From NCBI RefSeq assembly GCF_001194135.2, contig NC_068998.1:36725893-36789892 (forward strand): DNA of 64,000 nt, given 5' to 3'. Shown piece by piece: positions 13,012-26,110 of the stretch; position 1 is the first letter of the stretch, and each line of letters opens with the position of its first letter. The DNA is from Octopus bimaculoides. Its lineage: Eukaryota. The notes under the pieces are model-generated. The model was not told the DNA's origin, ran no database searches, and saw only the letters and a list, made by a program, of their open reading frames with translations. Made by a program: the position numbers and the translations under genes.

Positions 13012-13228
13012 GACTCCCCCCACCCCACACATATATACATATATAGTTCTAGTTTACAGAAAACAGAAGATTTAGACAGGTGAGGGAACAACAAGCGGGT
13101 GTATTAGATTGACGGTTAGAAAGAATGGAAAAGTGTTTGATGTTTCGAGCCCACCCTTTTCGACAGAGAGGGATAAGAGGGGAAAAAATGGAGAAAGAGG
13201 GGAATAAAACGGAGAGAAAAAAATTGAG

Positions 13229-13604
13229 TACTCTTTTCTTTCATTTGTTTCAGCCATTAGACTGCGGCCATGCTGGTGCACCAGCTTGAAGTATTCTATT
13301 GAACGAAATGAATCTACCCTAATGTTTTTTTCTAAGCCTGTTACTTATTCTATCATTTTTTTTTTTGCCGAACTGCTAAGTTATTGGGATGTAAACAAAT
13401 CAGCGCCTGTTGTCAAGCGTTGGTGGGAGACAAACACAGAGACAAAGAAATACACAGATATATCCATATACTACGGGCTTCTTTTAGTTTCCGTCTACTA
13501 AATCCACTCACAAGGCTTTAATCGGCCTGAGGCTATAGTAGAAGACACTTATCCAAAGTGCCACATTGTGGAACTGAACCTAGAATCATGTGGTCGGCAA
13601 GCAA
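13229..13604 (-). mobile_element. SINE family A, near full length, head abutting a Tx1-like fragment
   Basis: Reverse complement of the family A organisation (GACTGCGGCCATGCTGG tail, CCACTCACAAGGCTTT core, GGAACTGAACC B box). Confidence 0.9.
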
Positions 13605-14303
13605 AGACTTTCCTCTCTGGGCAATCTCTCATCAACTTCTTCAAGTATCATCTGAAGAGAACGGTGAGAGTAGAAAGGGAAGTCTTGTCTAGTGAATGCT
13701 TCCAAAAAAGATGGGTGAATGTAGCAAGGATGGCACGTGTGAATGACGGAGCCACCTTGAGCATAACACTATAAAGGAGTAAAAAAATCCAGACAAAAAA
13801 AAAAGGCAAAAGAGAGTCACTTACTGTTATAGTTTCTGCAATGACAATATTGACCAAGGTTACCGTNNNNNNNNNNNNNNNNNNNNNNNNNNNNNNNNNN
13901 NNNNNNNNNNNNNNNNNNNNNNNNNNNNNNNNNNNNNNNNNNNNNNNNNNNNNNNNNNNNNNNNNNNNNNNNNNNNNNNNNNNNNNNNNNNNNNNNNNNN
14001 NNNNNNNNNNNNNNNNNNNNNNNNNNNNNNNNNNNNNNNNNNNNNNNNNNNNNNNNNNNNNNNNNNNNNNNNNNNNNNNNNNNNNNNNNNNNNNNNNNNN
14101 NNNNNNNNNNNNNNNNNNNNTCCCTTTTGATCGAACTCCCCCCCTTTTTTCCTTCCTACGATCCCTTTTGATCGACACCCACCCCTACTTTTTTTCTTTT
14201 TCTTTTTTTTTCCTTCTTCCTTCTCCCTCCCAAAAAGAAAAGCTCTACATTGTATTCGTCCCATCTTTGTTGAGCCCTGTGTGGCTAATAAAAGAAATGT
14301 ATC

Positions 14304-14334
<31 letters not shown>

Positions 14335-14341
14335 CTATCTA
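13605..14341 (+). mobile_element. Tx1/L1-clade non-LTR retrotransposon 3' end (ORF2 C-terminus plus 3'UTR across a gap)
   Basis: GQSLINFFKYHLKRTVRVEREVLSSECFQKRWVNVARMARVNDGATLSITL* resembles Tx1-clade ORF2 C-termini (recalled). After the gap the sequence ends CCCTGTGTGGCTAATAAAAGAAATG followed by (TATC)n. Linking the two sides across the gap is inferred. Confidence 0.6.
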
Positions 14342-14352
14342 TATGTATGTAT

Positions 14353-14395
<43 letters not shown>

Positions 14396-14479
14396 CATAC
14401 ATATGTATACATGTATTTGTGCAAGCGTGTGTGTGTGTGTGTGTGTGCGTGCGCGCACGCGTGCGTTTGTGTATGTTCT

Positions 14480-14668
14480 TGTTTTGCACCATCAACTGAC
14501 AACTGGTATTGGTGTGTTTACATTCCTGTAACTTAGCGGTTTGGGAAAAGAATGCGATAGAATAAATACTAAGCTTTAAAAAATATAAATCCTGGGGTCA
14601 ATTTGTTCGACTAAAAACCTTTGAAGGCAGTGCCGCAGTCAAATGATTGAAACAAGTATAAGAAATGA
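14480..14668 (+). mobile_element. SINE family A, 3' half
   Basis: TGACAACTGGTATTGGTGTGTTTACA...GTAACTTAGCGGTT...CCTGGGGTCAATTTGTTCGAC...GCAGTCAAATGATTGAAACAAG. Confidence 0.85.
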
Positions 14669-14862
14669 ACTCGGAGTAGCAAGAGATTGACTCTGCAAGA
14701 ATCCTCTCACCCCATTGTGATCAGCAGTACAGTGGGGTGAGAGGATGGGGCTGGGGGAAGGCCACACTGCTCTTAAAGTCTATGACACACACAGAGTAAT
14801 ACACTCATACATACACACATAACTACACACACGCACGCAGGCACACACATACACGCGCGTGC

Positions 14863-14907
<45 letters not shown>

Positions 14908-15304
14908 AGGACACAAACGCATACGCAAATAAGGATACACATCCGAGAAGAACAGACTGGAGTAAGTGGAGTAAGAACACACACGAAAATGAAAAGTGTC
15001 GCTGAAGAGGTCACAGATGTGTGACGAAAGATTTCTGTGCAATGGACATGAGTCGAAATAATAAAACATGAATAGTAATAAACGAGCGAAGAAAAAATAT
15101 ATGGTGCGTGTGTTTATTTGGTAAAAAAGAAGAAAAAAAGAAAATGACCATCCCGAAATATAACATGTGTGGTGGGGAACACAGAGAATTCAGGACCAAA
15201 GAACGTATATATATATACAATGTATGAACGTATANNNNNNNNNNATGAACGTATATACATTTATATATATATATATATACAATGTATGAACGTATATATA
15301 TATT

Positions 15305-15340
<36 letters not shown>

Positions 15341-15504
15341 TAGTACTACTTTAGTTTATCAGAATGAGATAATTAATCCTCGAGTGAGTTCATCAACTGT
15401 TAGTTGGTGCAAGAACAACCTATCCATCAATTTCTGAGATATGATAGTTTAGGTTTGTTGCTCCTTTCGTCTTATTTTGATGTTCATAAAAATGCTAATG
15501 AGAA

Positions 15505-15531
15505 AATAATAATAATAAAAATGATGATAAC

Positions 15532-15601
<70 letters not shown>
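15505..15601. repeat. (AAT)n array
   Basis: Direct reading. Confidence 0.95.
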
Positions 15602-16512
15602 GCCTGAAGGGCTATAATTGATGCAAAACATTCGAAACTTTCACCTAGAATTACAAAGAAAAGATAACGTGGAATGTAAGAAAAGACGTTTCTAAAATAC
15701 AAGAGGAATTTTTAAAGACGTTATGTATATATGGAACAACATGAATTTTAAAAGCTCATACACACATGTATGCACACACACATGTATGCACACACACACA
15801 CACACACATACTGATGTTTGTGTATATATGCTCATACATTCACGAATACAAAACCACGTATTTGCACGAAAATGATTTTAAGAAGTACTATAAAACAAAC
15901 CGTAATTAAAACAAGATGTGATTAAAGGAAAAAAAATACGTTAGATTATTTCTTTTGTTGAGTTAGTTTACTCCACAGTGTTGATCACTAAACTACTTTT
16001 AAAATCTTGCTCGAGAGCAGCCAGATGCACTAGTGAGAATTTTTTTTTTTTTTGAGACATGTATTGGTGTAAAGCACGAAATTGAGGATAACCTATTTCA
16101 AGTTTAATGAAATGTTTTAATTTTAATTTCATTAGAAATATATTTTTTGCATGTTGTTTATATTGTTATTCTGATATTGTGTCATTATAATCCGTTGAAC
16201 CACAGATGTGTAATTTTGTCTGTTAACTATTTGTTTGATTTTCGAATAACGGGTAATCCCAGTTCATCTTGGATCTCGTTATTTTTCTAAGAAGGAATTA
16301 ATTGTCGTTTCTTAGAAATTGTTATTCGTCACGATTTCGTTGTCTTGTTCTGACTTCGTCTCTTGGTGATATTTTTGCCGTCTTTATTTTCACTCGTATT
16401 TCCACAGAGCCTTTTGTAAACTTTCATCTGTATTTTTTGTTTCTCCCTCATCATACGTTAAAGATGTTTCCTCATCTAACTGAGATACTATGGATAAAAG
16501 TATTTTACTTAC

Positions 16513-16535
16513 CACCCCAAGACACAGAGGTATAC
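16513..16535 (-). CDS. Candidate 23-nt micro-exon (IPLCLGV or YTSVSWG)
   Basis: Minus strand: ctttaattttcag|GTATACCTCTGTGTCTTGGGGTG|gtaagt. Confidence 0.3.
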
Positions 16536-18150
16536 CTGAAAATTAAAGATGGTGTCCTGGTAGCATTCCTAGTTTTACAACACTATTTTAAAGACGACTA
16601 GCGACCAAATCCATCACGAAGACTTGGTCATTGTTCTGCATGCACGCACGCACACTCGCACGCACACGCGCGCACACACACACACACACGCACATACACG
16701 AACTCTTACGTATCTATATATGATATAAGATATTCGTACAAACATAAGAAAGAAAGAGAACACTTCATGTTACCATGTCTTTAAAAAGGCCTAAACTTAT
16801 ATTCATACCCTGTGTGTGTGTGTGTGCGTGCGTGTGTGTGTGTCTGTGTCTGTGTCTGTGCGTGTGTATGTATATGTGCATGTGTTTATTTCTAAGGGTG
16901 CCGGTATACTTATATACATGAGCGCAGGGTTACATAACCGAGTATTACCTATCACTCCGTTGAATCCCCAGAGTGAAACTGACTGTTAAGATCGACCGCA
17001 ATGGTTATACAATACTGTACACTTCGGGTAATATATATATATATATANNNNNNNNNNNNNNNNNNNNNNNNNNNNNNNNNNNNNNNNNNNNNNNNNNNNN
17101 NNNNNNNNNNNNNNNNNNNNNNNNNNNNNNNNNNNNNNNNNNNNNNNNNNNNNNNNNNNNNNNNNNNNNNNNNNNNNNNNNNNNNNNNNNNNNNNNNNNN
17201 NNNNNNNNNNNNNNNNNNNNNNNNNNNNNNNNNNNNNNNNNNNNNNNNNNNNNNNNNNNNNNNNNNNNNNNNNNNNNNNNNNNNNNNNNNNNNNNNNNNN
17301 NNNNNNNNNNNNNNNNNNNNNNNNNNNNNNNNNNNNNNNNNNNNNNNNNNNNNNNNNNNNNNNNNNNNNNNNNNNNNNNNNNNNNNNNNNNNNNNNNNNN
17401 NNNNNNNNNNNNNNNNNNNNNNNNNNNNNNNNNNNNNNNNNNNNNNNNNNNNNNNNNNNNNNNNNNNNNNNNNNNNNNNNNNNNNNNNNNNNNNNNNNNN
17501 NNNNNNNNNNNNNNNNNNNNNNNNNNNNNNNNNNNNNNNNNNNNNNNNNNNNNNNNNNNNNNNNNNNNNNNNNNNNNNNNNNNNNNNNNNNNNNNNNNNN
17601 NNNNNNNNNNNNNNNNNNNNNNNNNNNNNNNNNNNNNNTACAGATAGGTACATAGATAGATAGATAGATAGATAATATACATATGTACAAACACGCACAC
17701 ATGCACACACACACTTACATATACATGCAGAAACAGTTGATTACTGTAGCAATTGTTAAAGAACACTATTGTATGTGTATGAGTTTGTCAATATGCATTT
17801 GTGCATGTTTTTATGTGTATGTGCATGCGTGTGTATAAAAAACAGCTTGCCCATGTATCATTAAATTGTGTGTTGCGTGCAGTATCGAAAATAAGTGTAG
17901 CTGGTAGTGCTTTGTGTGTGTGTGATGGGGGTTGTGGTGGGTGGAATGATTTTGCGAAATGAAAACAGAAATGAAAACAGAAATGGAAATGATATAATTA
18001 CAAAATAGAAAAATCTCTAGTCAGATGTATCTATAAATACGTACATACATACATACATACATTTGTACATACCAACATAGAGCGATAGGGATGAGGTGTA
18101 TGTTTTCCTGAAACCATGTGTATACATGAATCTCTCAGTCTCTCTGAAGG

Positions 18151-18264
18151 GGATGAAAGGCAAAGTTTAAAACCACGGCAGGATTTGAACTCAGAACATA
18201 AAAACCCAGAAGAACGACAAAGCATTTTTTCCGACGTGCTAACGATTCTGCCAATTCACCGCCT
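18151..18264 (-). mobile_element. SINE family B, 5' part
   Basis: Reverse complement: AGGCGGTGAATTGGCAGAATCGTTAGCACGTCGG...GTTCTGAGTTCAAATCC. Confidence 0.85.
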
Positions 18265-18599
18265 CTTCCTTCTTCACTCCATTAGATTTTCTTAGCTAAT
18301 TATTGTGTTGAAATAAATATAACATCACATTAATTACCAACAATCTGCATTTATTTATCATCTTTACTCTCTGATATTTATTTATAAATTTCAGTAAAAA
18401 ATGCTTTTAATTATATAATTTCGTGTACATACGTATATATTAAATGAATGTATCATAAACCTATTTAATAAATCATGGCTTATAATATGTAATAGGTTGC
18501 GCTGAATTTGTATATATTTATTATAATTAATAATTATATTTGTAATGTTGCTATTCATTAAAAACAAATCTTTTATAATAACATGATTATTATTTAAGG

Positions 18600-19010
18600 A
18601 ACTGAATCACGAATATTACTCATAGCGGTTAGAATATGTTGGAAGATCTGCAAATGAGATGCCTTTCCCAAATTCTTGAAGTATCGCAGATTAACAGTCT
18701 GTACAATGAGCTCGTTCAGTTAAACTTGCTATTTATGAATTAATTCTAAAGCAGCAGTTGTGTTAGTTTGGCTAAATGACTGAAATGGATGGTTCAGGAG
18801 TGTCATAAATCTATTAGTACGCCTTCAACTATACGGGGGGGGGGGAAATGAAGGATGTACACAGAGCAACACCGAAAAAATGGTTGAAAATTATCGACAG
18901 ATATGGTGAAATAAATATTAATGATGCTGAACATCTAGTAAAAACTGGCAGACGTGGAAAGAAGCTGTCCATGGGCGATGAGTAAGCTAATGACGGGAAG
19001 TGAAGCAAGA
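18600..19010 (+). mobile_element. RTE-clade LINE ORF2 C-terminal remnant, heavily mutated
   Basis: Frame pieces MLEDLQMRCLSQILEV, KQQLC*FG*MTEMD, PKKWLKIID and WQTWKEAVHG match the RTE pattern (F.MRCLRRIL, QLRWFGH..RM, GRP.K.W, W..AVHG). Confidence 0.7.
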
Positions 19011-19315
19011 AGGCAGCGCTCTATAATCATTCCCTACCTACAGAATTTATGGTCATAATGCTGTGTTGCCGTCAGGTGTGTGTATTTAAGAGGCAGAGCA
19101 GTCAAGTTCACCCGAGGTATATTTCTACTTCTTTTAATACAAGTGTATATATCACGTATAGCTCTATAGTTATATCTATATAAATATAGTGTGTCGATAT
19201 GTATATATATCTATATATAGATATATACACATTCACGCATGCATGTATCTATCTACCTGCCTCTCAGTCTATCAGTCCCTCCCTCCCTTTCTGTCTGTCT
19301 GTCTCTCTATCTCTC

Positions 19316-19348
<33 letters not shown>

Positions 19349-19544
19349 ACAGATAATAAAATATTTCTACTCTATAAATCAGTATTGGCTAGAATGTGCA
19401 TTCTACATGAAACACATGTAGATATATACGTATGCACATCACACATACATACATACATACATACATACATACATACATACATACATACATACATACATAC
19501 ATACACATACGTACGTACGTACGTACGTACGTACGTACGTACAT

Positions 19545-19890
19545 GTGGAAACCTCAATAAAATGTAGGCACAACAGATCTGATATAATGATTTGGGATAG
19601 AAAAGAGAAACTGAGTACAGAAGTGGAAATTTGCTGCCCAGCGGATGTTAACATAAAGTTGGAGATCGGTGAAAAAAAAGTATACCTATGCTGAACTATT
19701 TAGAAATCTGCGGTTACTCTACCCAGATTACAAGTTCTAATTTATACCTGTAATTATTGAAGCCCTGAAATATGTAATACACTGACTTAATACCAATCTT
19801 GAGAAATTAGGCATCTCAAAACCAGAAAGAAGAAAGCTGATTCAAAGACCATAGATCCAATCCATCACTGGAACTGCAAACATCTGTTGA
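19545..19890 (+). mobile_element. R4/Dong-type non-LTR retrotransposon restriction-like endonuclease remnant (pseudogenised)
   Basis: VETSIKCRHNRSDIMIWDRKEKLSTEVEICCPAD...YAELFRNLRLLYPDYKF*FIPVIIEAL...LEKLG...IQSITGT; RPD..E RLE motif with one frameshift and several stops. Confidence 0.85.
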
Positions 19891-21079
19891 AGTCGTAAAC
19901 GAGACTGATATTTTGAGTATATCATTTTACACTTTAACTGGTTCCAATAGACAGTGTTTGTCCACACAGGAATACTTATGTCACAGAAGGAACTAAAAGT
20001 CTATATTCATAACCTTATTCATCCTTGTATTGGTATTCTCCTGTATACTTCACGGCCGTCCTCGTGTTTTTGATAGATTGACACCAAACCAATTTTTATG
20101 ATTTATTGGTTGTTCTATCAATAGACAGATTTAAAGTGCTTGAAAATGCAGCCGTATCTCACGCAGATATTTTATTTTCTTGAAAAAAGGAATATACTAA
20201 AAATAATAATCCTAGATAGGCTGTTTGGAAAAAAGGGAACGCGTGGAGATGTAGATTGTTTAGTCATGATTAGAACGTTTCCATTACAGATCTGCTCGAT
20301 CAGCGTTGAGCTGGGGTTAAGCAGCCACAACAACAATGCTGACAACGACAACAATATCAGCAGCAGCAACAAAAACAATAACAAGAGCAGTAAAAATAAC
20401 AGTAAAAGTAACAACGATAGCAACAACGGCGCCTTGTTGAATTTCATAGACTTCATTTAAACACTTCGCAACAGTCGTCTGCATAAACATTTCATTACCC
20501 TTTAATGGCCGTCTGTCTGTTTAAGAGAGTTATTTAAGAGCGCCATAACGAATAGTTTAATTCTGTAGTAGAAACATTTCAACACGCCACATCAGAAAAC
20601 ATGTAAACACGTTATAACGATCGTCAATTTATCCTGATAGATATAACACGGATTTCAACGTGACGACTTAAACGAAATTAAAACTGAACGGTCGTCTGCA
20701 CATTTAACAGAGATATTTAAAACACCCATAACAGTCGTTTGTTCACTTCATAGGAATATATTTTTAACTATCAAGTTACTCATTGATGTTGTTTAACCCC
20801 AGGCTAAATCTCAATCGGCAAAACCATCATCAAAAGCATTCCAGTCACGAGCAGTCATCTTAATTTCAATCACAGAATGATGTTGTTCTAGATGCACATA
20901 GCATCCTTCCCGTTTAAACAAGTTTGACTGCTATTTGTTAAAGATCAAACGACCAAATGCAGACGCTTTTGTTGATTCGCGCAAGTTACTCATTATTGTA
21001 GATATTGCTGTTAGGTAGCCCCACGATCGATCCTATGGCATGCAGATAGTCGATTTAAAGTGGAAACACGAGCCACAGA

Positions 21080-21470
21080 TCTGATTTTGCGGTTATGCCA
21101 TATCTCCAACTAGCGTCAATCATTGACAAAAGGTGATATCAGGTGATCTCGTGGTCTCGGCGCTGGAAATAGCGGGAGTTTATCTCCTCGCTGGCAATAT
21201 AAACAAGAGTGCATTTTGCACCAAAAGCAAATATGAGTGTTTCTCTCATCGTATCTTCCTCAGTATTTGTCCTACCAGGACATCCACATTTAAATATTAC
21301 CTCTCAGTTGTGTGATAGTTTGAACATATTAAACATTCTTTATAGTCCAAACTAATGCCGTTTACAGCGGAGATGAGAAACATAGGCTTCGTCCGGGCGA
21401 GACGGTTGCTGTTCTTCTGTATTTCTTCTTAAAGATGTGCATCCTAACACAGTGTTTAGCGGGATCTAGA
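21080..21470 (-). mobile_element. Possible very old CR1/L2-like LINE remnant
   Basis: Minus-strand piece ISAVNGISLDYKECLICSNYHTTER* loosely resembles the L.Y.ERL..L.L.SLERRR motif; weak. Confidence 0.25.
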
Positions 21471-21499
21471 ACTGATACTATTTGGCTTAGCCTCAATCC

Positions 21500-21594
21500 A
21501 TAAAATCAGTACCAGTCAAGTACTGAGGTTGATATAATCGGCAAGTTCCCTTCCCCAAATTTCAGGCCTTGTGACTATGACTACAGTACGAAAG

Positions 21595-21666
<72 letters not shown>

Positions 21667-21689
21667 NNNNNNNNNNCACCACCACCACC

Positions 21690-21761
<72 letters not shown>

Positions 21762-22085
21762 GTTGGAATGGTAGAAGTTCTTGCAGTTCATTGTCCTAGC
21801 TTTTACTTTTCTGAGTTCATATCACACCGAGTTCAATATTGACTTTCATCTCTTGGTGATATCAGTAAGGCAAGTGAGCCGGCAGAATCGCTAGCACGTC
21901 GGGCAAAATACCTAGCGGCATTTCGTCCGTCTTTACGTTCTGAGTTCAAATTCTGCTTGGGTTAACTTTGCCCTTTATCCTTTTTGGGTCGATAAAATAA
22001 GTACCAGTTGAGCACTAGGGTCGATGTAATCGACATTACCCCTCCGCCGAAAATGCTGGCCTTGTACCAAAATTTAAAACCATTA
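21500..22085 (+). mobile_element. SINE family B fragments around an (ACT)n/(ACC)n array, plus a full copy at 21870-22085
   Basis: GAGCCGGCAGAATCGCTAGCACG...GTTCTGAGTTCAAATTC...GTCGATAAAATAAGTACCAGTTGAGCACTAGGGTCGATGTAATCGAC...GGCCTTGT. Confidence 0.85.
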
Positions 22086-23146
22086 TGTAGCATCAGTCAA
22101 ATACTGCAGTCGACAATGATAATATCGAATATTCCCTCCACCGGATTTTGCTTTAAGGCCTCGTGCAGCTTATTGTCATCATCACCACCATCATCCTCAC
22201 CAACATCATCATCACCATTGCCATGACAACAACTGCCACATACACCACTACTGCTACCACCATCGTCATTATCATCACAGCTCCATCATAATCATTGCTA
22301 TTACTCTGTTAAGGTGTTTGGTACCCAGTCATATTTCTGTTGTACTCAGTATTGGTGAATTGTGTTTAAGGTTGTTTCTAGTTTATTTTTATAGTTGGGT
22401 ATTTCTGGCGTGCAACTGAAGTTTTTCTGGGTTGATGATCTGTTTGTTACTTGCTAGTATTTGACATGTTCCTCTGCGAACAGTTTTCGCAGGTTAGCAT
22501 TCTTTACAATTTGCTTCTGTTCAAATGCTGCTATGTGAGAAGAAATAAAGCCAGCCCCGACAGAAAAAAAAAAGTTCCCTTATTTTGGCAAGAAATGAAT
22601 ACTACCTAGTAGTCTGGCAACTTTCCAGCAGGCATCAAACAGGGTTTAAAAATAAACCAGATAGATTTAGGGAAGGATAGATAGAGAAGGAAAGCAAAGA
22701 AATATTCAGGAAGAAAAGAAAAAAGAAAAAAAATTCCTCAAAAATTCGGGACTACGGCATTGCAATTCTTCACAGGTATATATGTATGCGTGAACTCGCA
22801 CGCGTGCGCGCATGTGTGTGTGAGAGAGAGAGAGAGAGGGAGAGAGAGAGAGAAAGAGAGAGAGAGACGGCGTGCTTAAGTGCGTGTGAGTACATGTAAA
22901 CATTAGAAATTTAGAAATATTANNNNNNNNNNNNNNNNNNNNNNNNNNNNNNNNNNNNNNNNNNNNNNNNNNNNNNNNNNNNNNNNNNNNNNNNNNNNNN
23001 NNNNNNNNNNNNNNNNNNNNNNNNNNNNNNNNNNNNNNNNNNNNNNNNNNNNNNNNNNNNNNNNNNNNNNNNNNNNNNNNNNNNNNNNNNNNNNNNNNNN
23101 NNNNNNNNNNNNNNNNNNNNNNNNNNNNNNNNNNNNNNNNNNNNNN

Positions 23147-23188
<42 letters not shown>

Positions 23189-23189
<1 letters not shown>

Positions 23190-23323
23190 ATATTTATCAG
23201 AAGCAACAGAGTGACTCAAGGTCGGAAAGTTTCCTGTATTGGCACTTCTCAAACTTGATAAGTACCATACCAACGCACGAAAATCTCGGCTCTTGAGTCA
23301 CTCTGTTGCTTCTGATAAATATT
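23189..23323. repeat. Perfect 32-bp inverted repeat with 71-bp spacer
   Basis: AATATTTATCAGAAGCAACAGAGTGACTCAAG (23189-23220) and its exact reverse complement (23292-23323). Confidence 0.9.
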
Positions 23324-25176
23324 AATAACAATATACGTATACTCATATTTTCAGTTCTATTTTTCCTGTTTCAACACACACATATATATACATACATACA
23401 TACATACATACACACATATACACGCATACATATACACACATAATTAATAATCTCTCAAAACATTTTCGGATTACTATATAGAAATTTATACAGAATTCGA
23501 ACGACTTCCATCTATACCGCTATGGATTAACTAATTCCTTTAATCACGGATAAAATTTTTATGAACGATTTTCTTTCTTCTATATCTCTGAAGAATGGTT
23601 ATGCAGTTTCAATATGATTATCATTTCGATTTACAGATAAATTACATAATCATGAAACGAGTGTAAGAATTTTCATTACGTCTTCTTATTCTATATTGTA
23701 CATTCCTATTCTAATCATTTACGTGGTAATACAATTCTATATGTCAATATACTTCTTATTACAAATATTCAAAATATACTTATTCCATTCTCTCTCTCTC
23801 TCTCTTATATATATATATATATATATNNNNNNNNNNNNNNNNNNNNNNNNNNNNNNNNNNNNNNNNNNNNNNNNNNNNNNNNNNNNNNNNNNNNNNNNNN
23901 NNNNNNNNNNNNNNNNNNNNNNNNNNNNNNNNNNNNNNNNNNNNNNNNNNNNNNNNNNNNNNNNNNNNNNNNNNNNNNNNNNNNNNNNNNNNNNNNNNNN
24001 NNNNNNNNNNNNNNNNNNNNNNNNNNNNNNNNNNNNNNNNNNNNNNNNNNNNNNNNNNNNNNNNNNNNNNNNNNNNNNNNNNNNNNNNNNNNNNNNNNNN
24101 NNNNNNNNNNNNNNNNNNNNNNNNNNNNNNNNNNNNNNNNNNNNNNNNNNNNNNNNNNNNNNNNNNNNNNNNNNNNNNNNNNNNNNNNNNNNNNNNNNNN
24201 NNNNNNNNNNNNNNNNNNNNNNNNNNNNNNNNNNNNNNNNNNNNNNNNNNNNNNNNNNNNNNNNNNNNNNNNNNNNNNNNNNNNNNNNNNNNNNNNNNNN
24301 NNNNNNNNNNNNNNNNNNNNNNNNNNNNNNNNNNNNNNNNNNNNNNNNNNNNNNNNNNNNNNNNNNNNNNNNNNNNNNNNNNNNNNNNNNNNNNNNNNNN
24401 NNNNNNNNNNNNNNNNNNNNNNNNNNNNNNNNNNNNNNNNNNNNNNNNNNNNNNNNNNNNNNNNNNNNNNNNNNNNNNNNNNNNNNNNNNNNNNNNNNNN
24501 NNNNNNNNNNNNNNNNNNNNNNNNNNNNNNNNNNNNNNNNNNNNNNNNNNNNNNNNNNNNNNNNNNNNNNNNNNNNNNNNNNNNNNNNNNNNNNNNNNNN
24601 NNNNNNNNNNNNNNNNNNNNNNNNNNNNNNNNNNNNNNNNNNNNNNNNNNNNNNNNNNNNNNNNNNNNNNNNNNNNNNNNNNNNNNNNNNNNNNNNNNNN
24701 NNNNNNNNNNNNNNNNNNNNNNNNNNNNNNNNNNNNNNNNNNNNNNNNNNNNNNNNNNNNNNNNNNNNNNNNNNNNNNNNNNNNNNNNNNNNNATATATA
24801 TATGAGTATGTGTGTGTATGTATGCGTGTGTGCGTGCGCACATACACATTTATACAAACCCTCATAAATCTATGTTTGGACATTTTGGGAGATATTATTC
24901 ATAGTCAGAGCTATCCAATGGCGTTGAATAAATCCAATATTAATATCAAAGAAGACAAGTATATTATGGTTTACATCTATATATCGTAACTTTCTTTATA
25001 ATATCTCTATAATAATGATCTGAATATTTCTGCAAGCAATAGATGTCTGTAAAGGTATACTTGACAAAACACCATTGATATCAGATATCAAACCCACTGT
25101 TTTATGTAGCGAGCTGACAAAATGTGTCTGAAAGAGTTTCTCTTATTGTAGAAACGAGATATATTTGTTGTGATTC

Positions 25177-25584
25177 GGCTAGATTCATCAACGATGTATG
25201 TGTGTATTTCCTGTTTCGTTGGTGTCTAGCGTGTTTACCTATGAGAGGATGTGTGACTTAGTATAAACAGTTTAGTAAGCTGTAGAGGAAATTTGGATCT
25301 CTAATCAAGTGACTGCGTACGTATGAATGTGTATGTATATAAGCTACAAGTTGGCCAAATGGAGAAGGCATTAACTCTCGGGGATGAATTGCAATTCCAC
25401 AACTGGAGGAATTCCTCTGCTTCTGAATGTAAGGTTGTGCGATTGACAGGTTCAAATACTTGCAGGTGATAGACAAAAGATTTCTAGAATCCGTTCCTTA
25501 TTATATTTAAAGGATGATATAAAATTCAGAACGGAGTTTCTTGAGAAATTAGCTGTCACTTTTGCTTACTTCAACATTTTAATG

Positions 25585-25640
<56 letters not shown>

Positions 25641-25747
25641 NNNNNNNNNNNNNNNNNNNNNNNNNNNNNNNNNNNNNNNNNNNNNNNNNNNNNNNNNATG
25701 TAATACAAAGATTTCTTTCTTTCAGTCTCTGTATATCTCTGCTTCTC

Positions 25748-25815
<68 letters not shown>

Positions 25816-26110
25816 TTCTTCTTCTTCTTCTTCTTCTTCTTCTTCTTCTTCTTCTTCTTCTTCTTCTTCTTCTTCTTCTTCTTCTTCTTCTTCTTCTTCT
25901 TCTCTCTGTCTCTCTTTCTCACTCTATCAGTCTAGCTAGCTAGCTGGCTTGCTAGTTGGCTAGATTCATCAACGATGTATGTGTGTATTCCCTATTTCGT
26001 TGGTGTCTAATGTGTTTGCCTATGAGAGATTGTGAAACTTAGTATAAACAGTTTAGTAAGCTGCAGAGGAAATTTGGATCTCTAATCGAGTGACTGCGTA
26101 CTTATGAATG
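25177..26110 (+). repeat. ~150-bp direct repeat (25177-25329 and 25958-26110) bracketing (GT)n and (CAT)n(CTT)n arrays
   Basis: GGCTAGATTCATCAACGATG...GTGACTGCGTACxTATGAATG twice, roughly 90% identical by eye. Confidence 0.9.

Noticed and set aside
20140-20460. 106-aa ORF with Asn-rich tail
   Set aside because: The tail is a degenerate (AAC/AGC)n repeat and the rest has no motif.
22320-22590. Minus-strand VGAGFISSHIAAFEQ... stretch, possible LINE endonuclease remnant or terminal exon
   Set aside because: Internal stop and only vague motif similarity; cannot be distinguished from noise.
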